64,000 nucleotides of DNA, from NCBI RefSeq assembly GCF_009914755.1, contig NC_060927.1; one strand, given 5' to 3'. The stretch's first letter is position 1, and each line of letters opens with the position of its first letter. The stretch comes from the human T2T-CHM13v2.0 reference genome, Homo sapiens. The notes beneath the pieces were generated by a model. That model was not told the DNA's origin, made no database searches, and was given only the letters and a program-made list of their open reading frames with translations. Below are positions 28,933-41,475 of this stretch, piece by piece. A program made the position numbers and the translations under genes.

Positions 28933-30721
28933 ACTCTAAATGAAGACAAGGTTTCATTTAGAGTGGGGTGGGGTGGAGGCAGTTAAATTTTCACCTGTAT
29001 AGGAAATAAGTCTGTCTGCTTTCCCTCAACATTACAAATGACTTGATTCCTTATTAAATCAATCAAGCACACACTTACAAATTACTCATTCACCTTGCCA
29101 ACCTCACCGCCAACCTGCTGGAGCAAGACCAGAGGACCACGAGTTCTCCCATAAACCTTTCTCCACAATTCACATGGTTGATTATCCTTTCATTATCAAT
29201 GTCAATACCTAGACATTCTTTGCAACAATTAAATTATGACAATGTTTTGAGCACAATTGGTTCTCTCTTGACCTCTCATCAGTCCTATATCTTCTTTTCC
29301 ACTAGATTTTTATTCACATGGTCAACTCTGCTCATGCCAGAATATCTCATTTTTGGGACCAATCTGTGTAATATGCTACCCAAGACCCCAACCTTATCTC
29401 TAAATCCCTATCTGAATATTTAGACTAACAAGCATAAGAGATTGGAAGGACTGATAGAAATCAAACATGAAGTAGACACTTTCCATAGAAAAGAACAATG
29501 CCAAGGAAAGGACACATTCTCCAGTACTAGAATATGTATAACTCTAAGGAAACATGTACATATATCCAGTTATATATTATACAAAATCTCATGCAGCCTC
29601 TGAACACCCTTCCCTTCCATAATGTAATGAATGCAGAGATCAGGAAACAGCCCAAGGTAGGGGGAACAATATACTCCAGCCACTAGCACAGTTTTCATCA
29701 AAACCTAAATATTTGCAAAGAGGCTCATTCATTTCCTCTATTCTCCAGCTCAAAGTACATAAATAGTAAGAATACTAATAAATCCTGAATTAGCTACTCT
29801 TGGTCTTAAGCTAATGTTGTTTGCCCCACAGTTGACAGCTTGGGAGATTAAAGGTATCAATTTGAATACCCTTTGAAGGGAAAGGAAGATCTTTGTGGTA
29901 TCAGCAATTCAATTTTCTATTGAAAACTAGTATGTTTTAGAAGGCATGGCAAAAGCCATTTCTGGGTGAGTCATGGCAAAGCAATTACAATCACATTCCT
30001 CTGTTGCTTGGGTAGATCACTCTTCACTTATCTCTGTATCCATGAGCTTCTTTGGTATCTGCCATCTCATACCAGATACTACTTGTGGTGAGCTTCTTTA
30101 TAACTACTTTGGAAAACTAGTTGAAGGCAGAAGGTAGTTTTCTTTCTCTATTATATAATAAGAGCTTTGGGTCACTGGTGGTTGCTTTCTTACTGTGCTT
30201 TTAAAAGGAAGAAATGCCTGCAGTTTGCTGGGAGCAGAAATATGTTTTTTCATCTAAAACCATTCCTTGCATCTCACTAAATATTACTGAGCAAACCACA
30301 AGTAGCTTATCATCTTATCTATTTGCAACAGCAAACTGAATGTATTAGGAAAACCTCTTTAGAGCAGTGGAGCCCAGCAGCCCAGGAAGCTTTCAGGAAT
30401 AAAATATCTGGCAGCAGGTGGCCTGGGTAGTAGACCCAGCTGTGTGGCTGTACATAGGAACTGCCACTTAACAAGTTAGGGCAGCCTGTTCCCATTGCTC
30501 ATGGGAAGTTGGACACAATTCTATTCCCTTTAGACACTGTGGGCTGCAGGAGAAAAGGCAGCATTTCATTATGTCCTATGGTTTCCTTTTCATGTGATTT
30601 TAGGTTGTACTTGGACAGAACAGTTTCATGTGCAGGAGTAAAAACATCAGTCCCAGGAGATACTGGACCATTGGCCCAGAGTCCATATGTCAGTAGTCTC
30701 TTTCCCCTTTGGGACATGGCT

Positions 30722-30737
30722 AGTTACCATGGTAACT
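30722..30737. promoter_or_regulatory. Palindromic RFX X-box
   Basis: AGTTACCATGGTAACT is a perfect 16-bp palindrome fitting the RFX consensus GTNRCC(N0-3)RGYAAC. Confidence 0.65.
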
Positions 30738-31257
30738 GGCAGCCAAGGCTTATTAGTGCTTGTTAGTGTTTAAAAGGTGATTTATAAGCATATAAATAAT
30801 TGGCAGCTCTTTAACAGGTGGGGCTCCTGAACTCAGCTGCCTTTGGCAATTATCTACAGGATTCAAGAGCTGTGCTCTTATCCTCTGCAGCTGCCTGCCT
30901 GCCTGTCTGGCTCGGAGACCATCAACCTTGAAAACAAGGCAAAGAGGAAACAATCCCTTAGTGGAGTGGGTGGAGCAGATTGTATGACCGATGGTGGTCG
31001 TTCGCCTAGCCTAGTGCACAGGGACAGATGGGAGGGAGTGCAGGTTGCCCACTTTCAACTTTTCATTTAGAAAATATACATACTGCATCCCAAAAGCCCT
31101 TATTTCTTGGAAAATTCATTAGAAATAGAGCCAGACTTACATACATGTGGTTGTTTATACTGGAAGAGCCCCTTATCTAAAAATACCTCCTTGAACCAGC
31201 AACCACAGAACCTGGAAGTGCATCAGAATACATGTACTGTATTGCATTATTTTCAGC

Positions 31258-31348
31258 TTTCTCTTTCTCTCTCTCTCTCTCTGTGTGTCTGTGTGTGTGT
31301 GAGAGAGAGAGATACAGGAAGAGAGAGACACAGAGAGACAGAGGAGAG
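31258..31348. repeat. Compound (CT)n(GT)n(GA)n microsatellite
   Basis: Direct reading. Confidence 0.9.
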
Positions 31349-32409
31349 TTGTGTGAGGGTATCAGGGAAGAATGAAGCTGAGAGAAAAATGGAATAGTTG
31401 AGTACTCCCAATGTTATTAAACACACAAACCTTGTTCTTTTGCCATATGTTTTATAACTGAAGAAATCTAGGAGACCATGAGAAGACTGAGAAGACAGAG
31501 CTATGAATGCCAGGGATACAAGAGTTTGTGGTCTGGAGCCACAGTTTTGTCAGATCACAAATTTGACTGGCTAGACCCAACTTAAATAATTCTGGGTTTG
31601 TTTGTTTGTTTGTTTTAATTGATAAGATCTTTTTCAATACCTTTTTTTTTAACAGTTTTGAAGTCCTAGATTACTAAGAAATACATTTTTCGAAGAATGT
31701 CATGCATTAATCTCTCTAATACATAAGTGATACTACATCAGCTATTATTATTTTCACTTTAAGTGCATGAGAAAAAGAGAAAAAATGAGAGGATATTTGA
31801 TAGGTATTATGATGGTAATAAGAAATAAGGGGTGAGACTTTGGAGAGGAAAGACTTTGAAGAGAAAGACTAAAAGGGGAAAAAACTGGAGGCTAAAAAGT
31901 TGTTTCCTCTGGTTTTTGCAGCTTATTTCTTTCATTTGTAGAGAATCCCAGGAGCCTATAACCAGGCAAAGTCAGCCAGTGCTGCTTGAGGGATGGCATA
32001 AAAACAGTGAGTGTATCAGCTGTGCATTGTCCTGTAGGGCATTCCATCAACTCTAGGAGTTATACAGATCAGCAATGATTATTTAGGCCTTCAAGCAAGA
32101 GGGGCTAATTGTCACTTTTATTTTAACTTATGTAACAGCATATTTCCTCCCCCATTCAACTAAGTGTCTAATTCCAGTGATGAAACACCTCACTCACCAA
32201 CAACTTGAAAGTGTTATTCAGGTTGATTAAACACTACTCTATGTATGGAAATACTTTTTGTTTTAATAATTGGTAGTGGTTTTTAAGTCTACCCTCTACA
32301 AAGCAGGGGGTAATTAATCTTGATCCTTTCTTTTCCTTGCTGAAATTTTTGAACACGTTACATGCTTTCTGAAGAAAAATCCTATTCGAAATAAAAAATA
32401 GAAATAACA

Positions 32410-32620
32410 AACATTTACACAATTCTTACTATGCTCCAGGTATTAGTCTAAGGCTTTATATATAGTAACTCATTTAATTCTCACAAAATGTATATAAATT
32501 AGGCATAATTATTATCCTCTTTTTATATTTCAGAAAACAGAAATGTTAAAAGAAACCTAGTCATGGATATAGCAAGAAACAAATTAGGAACAGACCTAGA
32601 ATTTGAAAACATAGCACAAT
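32410..32620 (-). mobile_element. MIR relic
   Basis: 'ttactatgctccagg...aactcatttaattctcacaa...attattatcctctttttata'. Confidence 0.65.
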
Positions 32621-34112
32621 AGAGACTGCCCCCCTGCTTCTTTCAATTTTGTCAACAAATGTGTATTTAGTGATAGTTTCCCTTCCAATCATGAAATAGA
32701 AAGTTACAAGAAAGTGCAACTCTCATAATAACAAACAAAACGGATTCAGTGAGATACAAAATCAGATTTTCTGAACCCATCAAAAAAGCGACAATGCAAA
32801 GAAACTTTAAATAAACTAAACTTCAGTGATGAACACTTTTGGGAGAGAAGACATACAAAGCTGCTCTCCTCCCTAGCTGCTTGGCAGAAAAAGAAAAATT
32901 CCCTTATGGACAGACAAAAGGAAAAATCAACCAAATCTTTAACAAAATTTTAAAGCCTATGTGTGGACTGCTAAGAAAAACTGGAATTCTGAGCCCCTTA
33001 ACTGCAGAGCAAATCTGCATTCACTTGCCAACTCTATTGCCTGAGTCTTTACCAAGTGTTCAGGGCAGTTTTCCAAAGGCTTGAAGGGAAGAGAGAAGAG
33101 CTAGGAGGGATCAATTTCAATACAGGATTTATCTTCCAAGGGCTGGGGGCAGATAAGAGTTCTAAGAGAGACTTATCTGAAACATTTTTGGAGGAAGGAG
33201 GCCTTCCTGGCATAGAAAGCCTCAGGGAAGACTGAAGGAAAGCAAAGAGAACTCCCCAGCAGCCCATAGAGCTGGCAGCTAGACTGACAAGCAGAGAGAG
33301 AGAGAGCTCCATGTTTTCAAAAGCCAACATTTGGGCAGAAAAACATAGAGACATATGCATCTCAGTAGTGTTTAGACCCCAAGCCCACCAGAGGTAAATT
33401 CTAACTCCACTCTCAAAACATTGAAAGATTATGGTCAGATTAAAGTTGCCACATAGCCCTAACACATATCAACCACATATAAGGTTTATTTGGTGCTTAA
33501 CTCTAGCTATTTTCTGGAAATAAATATGATTACTTTCATTTCTACTGTTTTTTGAATGTAAAATATCTCTAGTACCATAAAAACTTACATGACATTCAAA
33601 GAAGCAAGTAAATAAAACTCATGGCCAAGAGAGAATATACAAAGAAAAGTAGAGGCAAAGATGGCCCAGATGTTAGAATTGTCAGACACATTCTTTAAAA
33701 ATTTATAATTAAACATCTAAAAGATCTAGTATAAAAAATAGCCAAAAAGAGTGAGGAGATGGAGAAAGTTTTCCAGAGACAATGATACTATATTAAATAA
33801 AAATATCTGATGAAAATTCTAGAAAACATTACACTATGAAAATGAAGTTTATTAGATTAACTTAACAGCAGACTGGAGGAAGAGAAGAATATAAAGTTAT
33901 TCTCAAAGACAGGCCAATAGAAGGCATTCATTTTGAAGTACAAAGAGAAAAAAATAGACAAAAGTGCTTGAGATCTGTGGGACAATATCAAACCTACCAT
34001 GAGTGTAGAAAGAGAAGAAAGAATATGATTTTGAAAAAAGAATCTAAATAAATTTGCATGGAATTATTCAAAAGGATTAAAAGACATTAACACACATATC
34101 CAAGACACTCTG

Positions 34113-36692
34113 TGATATGGTTTGGCTGTGTCCCCACCCAAATCTCATCTTGAATTGTAGCTCCCATAATTCCCATGTGTTGTGGGAGGGACCCAATGGG
34201 AGACAATTAAATCATGGGGGTGGTTTTCCCCATACTGTTCTCATGGTAGTAAATAAGTCTTACGAGATCTGATGATTTTATAAAGCTCTTCCCTATTTGC
34301 TTGATTCTCTCATTCTCTCTTGCCTGCTGACATGTAAGACATGCCTTTTGCCTTCTGCCATGACTGTGAGGCTTCCCCAGCCACATGGGACTGTGAGTCC
34401 ATTAAATCTCTTTTTCTTTATGAATTACCCAGTTTTCAGTATGTCTTTATCAGCAGCATGAAAAAAGACTAATACAGTAAATTGATAACAGTAGCGTAGG
34501 GTGCTTCCCAAAAATGTGGAAGCAACTTTTGAACTGGGTAACAGGCAGAGGTTGGAACAGTTTGGCGGGCTCAGAAGAAGATAGGAAAATGTGGGAAAGT
34601 TTGGAACTTCCTAAAGACTTGTTAAATGGCTTTGTCCATAATGCTGATAATGATATGGACAATGAAATTCAGGCTAAGGTGGTCTCAGATGGAGATAAGA
34701 AACTTGTTGGGAACTGGAGTAAACGTAACTCTTGATATGTTTTAGCAAAGTGACTGGCAACATTTTGTCCCTCCCCTAGAGATTTATGGATCCTTGTACT
34801 TGAGGGAGATGATTTAGCATATCTGTAGGAAAAAATTTCTAAGTAGCAAAGCATTCCAAATGTGACTTTGCTGCTGCTAAAAATATTCAGTTTTAAAAGG
34901 AAAACAGAGCATAGAAATTTGGAAAATTTGCAGCCTGACAATGTGATAGAAAAGAAAAACCTATTTTCTGAGGAGAAACTCAAGTGAGGTGCAGAAATTT
35001 GCATAAGTAACAAGCAGCCACATGTTAATTGCCAAGACAATGGGGAAAGTGTCTCCTGGGGATGTCAGAGACCTTTGCGGCAATCCCATCACAGGTCTGG
35101 AGGCCTAGGAGGAATAAATGAATTCCTGGGCTGGGCCCAAGGGCTCCCTGCTGTGTGCAGCCTAGGGACTTGGGGCCCTGCATCCCAGATGCTCTAGCCA
35201 TGGCCAAAAGGGGCCAAGATACAGCCCAGCCTGTGGCCTGGGTGCAAGTCCCCAGCTTTGCAAGGTTTCACATGGTATTGAGCCTGCATGTGAACAGAAG
35301 TCAAGAATTGAGGTTTGGGAACCTATACCTAGATTTCAGAAGATGTACAGAAATGCCTAGATGTCCAGGCAGAAGTTTGCTCCAGGGGTGGGGCCCTCAC
35401 GGAGAACCTCTGCTAGGGCAGCATGGAAGGAAAATGTGCTGTTGAAGCCCCCACAGAGAGTCCCCACTAGGGCACTGCCTAGTGAAGCTGTGAGAAAAGA
35501 GCCACCATCCTTCAGACACCAGAATGGCAGATCCACTGACAGCTTGCACCGTGTGCCTGGAAAAGCTGCAGACGCTCAGTGCCAGCCCATGTAAGCAGCC
35601 AGGAGGGAGGTTGTACCCTGCAAAGCTATAGGGGCAGAGTTGTCCAAGAATATGGGAACTCACTTCTCACATCAATGTGACCTGGATGTGAGACATAGAG
35701 TCAACGGAGATCATATTAGAGCTTTAAGATTTCACTGCCCTCCTGGATTTTGAACTTGCATGGGGCCTTTAGCACCTTCTTTTTGACCAATTTGTCCCAT
35801 TTGGAATGGGTGTGTTTATCCAATGCCTGTACCCTCATTGTGTCTAAGAAGTAACTAACTTGCTTTGGATTTTACAGGCTCATAGGTAGAAGGGACTTTC
35901 CTTGTCTCAGATGAGACTTTGGACTGTGGACTTTTGAGTTAATGCTGAAATCAGTTAAGACTTTGGGGGACTGTTGGGAAGGTATGATTGGTTTTGAAAT
36001 GTGAGAACATGAGATTTAGGAGGGGCCGGGGTAGAACCATATGGTTTGGCTGTGTCTCCACCCAAATCTCATCTTGAATTGTAGCTCCTATAATTCCCAT
36101 GTGTTGTGGGTGGGACCTGGTGGGAGATAATTGAATCATGGGGGCAGTTTCCCCATAATGTTATCATGGTAGTAAATAAGTCACTCAAAATCTAATGATT
36201 TTATAAGGGGTTTTCCTTTTTGCTTGGTTCTCTCATTCTCTCTTGCCTGCCACCATGTAAGATGTGCCTTTTTCCTTCTACCATGATTGTGAGGCCTCCC
36301 CAGCCATGTGGAACTGTGAACCCATGAAACCTCTTTTTCTTTATAAATAACCCAGTATTGGGTATGTCTTTAGATGGAGTTTTGCTCTTGTTGCCCAGGC
36401 TGGAGTGCAATGGTATAATCTCAGCTCACTGCAACCTCCACCTTTCCAGTTTCAAGTGATTATCCTGCCTCAGCCTCCTGAGTAGCTGAGACTACAGGCA
36501 CTTACCACCACACCCAGCTAATTTTTGTATTTTCAGTAGAGATGGGGTTTCACCATGTTGGCCAGGCTGGTCTTGAACTCCTGACCTCATGATCCGCCTG
36601 CCTCGGCCTCTCAAAGTGCTGGGATTACAGGTGTAAGTCACCACACCCGGCTTGGTATGTCTTAATCAGCAGCATGAAAACAGATTAATATA
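34113..36692 (+). mobile_element. Full-length THE1 (MaLR, THE1C-like): LTR-internal-LTR
   Basis: 5' LTR 34113-34476 (tgatatggtttggctgtgtcccc...ctaataca), internal 34477-36036, 3' LTR 36037-36692 (interrupted by an Alu). 5-bp TSD ctctg at 34108-34112 and 36693-36697. Confidence 0.93.
36372..36651 (-). mobile_element. AluS inside the THE1 3' LTR
   Basis: Full dimeric Alu body; TSD ggtatgtctt at 36361-36370 and 36654-36663. Confidence 0.9.
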
Positions 36693-36835
36693 CTCTGTGA
36701 ACCCTATACAGATACTACAAAGCAAAACACTCCTGGGCACTTTATAGTCAAATTGCTAGAAACTAAAGACATTGAATGTGACTTAAAAGTAGCCATTAAA
36801 ACTAGACACATTATATGCCATGGACCAACAATATG

Positions 36836-37417
36836 CACACCAGTCAGAATGGCTATTATTAAAAAGTCAAAAAACAATAGATGCTGGTGAGCCTGCAGAG
36901 AAAAGGGAAAACTTAGACACTGTTGGTGGGAATGTAAGGTAGTTCAGCCACTGTGGAAAGCAGGTTGAAGATTTCTCAAAGACCTTAAAATGGAACTACC
37001 ATTAGACCCAACAATTGTTTTACTGGGTACATATATTCAAAAGAAAATAAATCATTCTGCCAAAAAGACACATGCACTCATGTGTTCATCATAGCACTAT
37101 TCATAATAGCAAAGACAAAATAAACCTAGCTGTCCATCTACAGTGAATGTGATAAAGAAATGTTATACATTGAGTACTTATGGACATAAAGATGGCACCA
37201 TAGACACTGGGGACTACTAGAGGGGGAAGGAAGGAGTGGGGGAAGGATTGAAAACTATTGGGTACTATGCTCCATACCTGAGTTAAGGTATCAATTATAA
37301 TCCAAACCTCAGCATCACACAACATACACAGGTAACAAACCTGTACATGTGCCCCTTGAATATGAAATAAAAGTTGAAATTATTTAAAAAGCAAAAATAA
37401 ATACAAATAAAAATAAT
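36836..37417 (+). mobile_element. L1PB/L1MA-type 3' fragment
   Basis: cacaccagtcagaatggctattatt... through 3'UTR to an A-rich tail; internally deleted. Confidence 0.8.
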
Positions 37418-37894
37418 TGACAACATATTATTGGACAAAGTAATAATATATTTAAAATGCTAAAAGAAAAAAACATCAACCTAAGTATGAACTATCTATA
37501 TATCTGTTTATCTATTTATCTATCTATCAGTTGCCTTTAAAAAGGAAGGTAAATAAGGTAATTTTCAGATGATATAAACTGAGGGAATTTGCTTCTCGTG
37601 GCTTTGCACTACAAGACATGGTAAAATAAACTCTTAAGGCTAAAAGAAATTATACCAAATGAAATTCCAGGTCTGCATAAATAAAGGAAAGACATGAAAA
37701 TGGGTAAATACAAAAGATCTCCAATCTATATTTATATTTATATGTACATTTCTATACTTTTAAAAGACTACAGAAGATATATATGTATATACACACTGAA
37801 TGTATTAAGAGGCTCTTAGCATATGTAGAATAAAGGTATGAGAAATAAGGTGCACAAAGCACAGGAAGAGAAGAAAATTATACTTTCCACAAAA

Positions 37895-40545
37895 ATTCTA
37901 CCACTAATATCATACTTAATTGTAATAAACTATAAGCTTCCTCATAAACATCAGGAACAAGGCAAAGATGTCCCTTTCACAACTATTCAATACTGTACTG
38001 GAAGTCCTAGCTAATACAATGAGACAAAAAAAAAAAAAGAAATAAAATATCTATAGATTGGAAAGGAATAAATAAAACTATTTTTGTCCTGAGATGACAT
38101 GATTTTCTATGTAGAAAATCAAAAGAGTCAACAATAACAACAACAAAAAACCTCCACAAACTAATACATGATTATAGTACTGTGGCAGGATAGAATGTTA
38201 ATGTTCAAAAGTCAATCTCTTTCCTGTATACCAACAAAGTTCATGTGGAATTTGAAATTAAAAACTCATTACTATTTACATTAGCAACCTAAAAATTAAA
38301 TACTTGGACATTAATCTAATAAAATATGTACAAGGTCTAAATAAGGAAAGCTAAAAAACTTTTATGAATGATATAAAAATAAAACTACACAAATAAATGG
38401 AGTTGTATTCTATGTTCATGGATAGGAATACTCACTATTGTCAAGATATCTGTTTTTCTTAACTTCTTCCATAGATTCAACACAATCCCAACTGAAATCC
38501 TAGCAAGTTATTTTCTGGCTATTTACAAACCTATTCTAAAGTTTATATGGGAGACAAAAGATCCCAGAAAGCCAAGTCAATATTAAAAGAGAAAAATAAA
38601 GTTGGAGGACTAAAACTACCTGACTTCAAGACTTACCATAAAGCTAGCATAAACAAGACAATGTTGTATTACTAAAAGAATAGACAAATAGATCAACAGA
38701 ACTGAATAAAGAGCCTAGAAATAGACCCACATAAATACAGTCAACTGATCTTTGATAGAGGAGTGAAAGCTGAATGAAGCAAAGAGTCTTTTCAACATGG
38801 TACTGGAACAACTGGACATCTACAGTCAAAAACAAAAAATCTTGACACACAATGTACACCCTTCAAAAAAATTAACTCAAAATGGATCACAGGCCTAAAT
38901 GTAAAACAAAAACTGTAAAACTTTTAGAAAAAAAATTAGAGAAAATCGAGGTAACCTTGGGTTTTGGATGGCTTTTAATGTATAACACCAAAGGCATAAT
39001 CCTCAAATAATTGATAAGTTGGAGTTCATTAAAATTATAAACTTCTGCTCTGGAAAAGAAAATGTCAACAAAGTGACAAGACATCCACGAACCGGGAGAA
39101 AATATTTGCAAAAGATTCATGTAATAATGGATTGTTATGCAAAATGCATAAAGAATTCTTAAAACTCAACTATATTAAAAGGAAGAATCCAATTTAAAAA
39201 ATGAGACAAGTACCTTAATAGTCACCTCCCCAAAAAGAATATACAAATAGAAAGTAAACATATGAAAATAAGTTTAACATCAGATGCCACTAGGGAATTG
39301 CAAATTAAAACAATGAGTTACCACTAAATCTCTATTAGAATGGTTAAAACCAAGAACACTGACAACTTCAAATGCTGGTGAGGGTGTGGAGCAACAGAAG
39401 CTCTCCTTCGTTGCTGATGAGAATAAAATGGTACAGCAACTTTGGAAGATAGTTTGGCAGATTCGTAGAAATATAAAAATGCTCTTGCCAAGGGATTCAG
39501 CCATTGTGCTCCTTTTTATTTACCCAAAGCAATTAAAACACTAATGTCAACACAAAAACCTACACACAGATGTGTATAGCAGCTTTATTCATAACTGCCA
39601 AAACCTGTAAGCAACCAAGATATCCTTCAGTAGGTTAATTGATAATTAAACTGTTGTACATCCAGACAACGTAATATTATTTAGCATTAAAGAGAAATGG
39701 GCTATCAAGCCATAAAAGGACATGGATGAACCGTAAATGCAAACAGAGAAACATAACAAATGGGATAAGTAGAAAGCAAATATAAAAACAGGAGATTCAA
39801 ATCAGACTATGTCAATAATTCTATTAAATGTTAATAAACTAAACACTTCATGTAAAGGTCAGAGACCAAAAGATTATGTAAAAAAAGAGAAAAAACCCTA
39901 TGTCATTTATGAGAAGTAAATTTTATGAATAAAGGCAGAGGTTGAGGCTGGGTGTGGTGGCTTATGTCTATAATCCTAACTGGAAGATCAAAACAAGAGA
40001 ATTGCTTGAGGTTAGGAGCTCAAGACCAACCTGGGCAACATAATGAGACCGCATCTCTATGAAAATGTAAAGTAAAAGAAGCCAATCTGAAAAGGGTACA
40101 TACTGAATAATTCCAACTATATAACATCCTGAAAAAGGTAAAACTATTGAGACAATCAAAAAATCAGTGATTATGAGGAGCTGTGGAGAGGAACAGATGA
40201 ATAGGCAAAGACCAGCAGATTTTAAGGGCAGTTAAATTGTTCTGTATAACACAGTAAAATGGTGGATACAGGTCATTATATACTTTTCAAAACCCTCAGA
40301 ATGCACAACACCAAGAATCAACTATAATATAAACTATGGACTCTAGGTGGTAATGACGTGTCAATGTAGGTTCATCAATTATAATAAATGTACCACTGAC
40401 CACTGTGGTGTGGGAAGTCAATAGTGGGCAGGCTGTGTGCTGGGGAGGTTGGATGGGGAGAGGAATTATATGGAAACTCTGTACTTTCCACTTAATTTTT
40501 CTGTGAATCTAAAACTGCTCTAAAAATCAAATTCATTAATTAAAT
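37895..40545 (+). mobile_element. L1MB/L1MC-type ORF2 3' half and 3'UTR
   Basis: Degraded RT/C-terminal sequence, then a 3'UTR with 'gaagccaatctgaaaagg' and 'tgtcaatgtaggttcatcaatt', ending 'aaaactgctctaaaaatcaaa'. Confidence 0.8.
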
Positions 40546-40674
40546 ATGCATGTTAATATATATTTAATGTGTATAAACCATTTATATGTACTGCCTGTGA
40601 AGTAGAACAGTATTATTTGAAGGTGAGCAGTAATGAATCTAAGATTTATATTGTAATATCAAAATTTGTACTGT

Positions 40675-40865
40675 CGATAGGATGGATACTTGCTATATGT
40701 TTGCATTTAAATTTAGATAAAAATTAATTAAAATTAGATAAAAATTAAAAATTCAGTTCCTCAGTAACACTAGTTACATTTAAAGAACAAAAGGGGCTAT
40801 TATATTGGACTGAACAGATATAGAATATTTCCATCATAGCAGAAATCTCACTTAGAGAGTACTTC
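40675..40865. mobile_element. MER3/MER33-like hAT-Charlie DNA transposon relic
   Basis: 'aaaattaaaaattcagttcctcagtaacactagttacattt...tattggac...gatatagaatatttccatcatagcagaaa'. Confidence 0.7.
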
Positions 40866-41170
40866 TCTAGATAAACTCCTAAAATACAACATAAAGGCAT
40901 ATATATAAATATTAAAAATAGGAATTAAAATGGAATTCACATATCTGTGATTTACTTTGAAGAAGGCAGGAAAGAGAAACAAATAACAGATGGAATAAGT
41001 AAACAACAAATACAGACAGGAAATTTAAAACAAACTATGTCAATAATTACATTGAATGTTAATGAACTAAACACTTCATTTAAAGGTCAGAGATCATAAT
41101 ATTATATTTAAAAAGAGAAACAATTCTGTTATTTATAAGAAATACATTCTATGTATAAATCCAGAGGTTA

Positions 41171-41475
<305 letters not shown>

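Noticed and set aside
24000-33400. Additional host exons or RNA genes in the unique stretch
   Set aside because: No convincing ORF with splice sites and no tRNA/snRNA/rRNA motifs; lncRNA exons cannot be called from sequence alone.
34514-35663. ORFs in the THE1 interior
   Set aside because: Fragments of the degenerate MaLR internal ORF with many stops.
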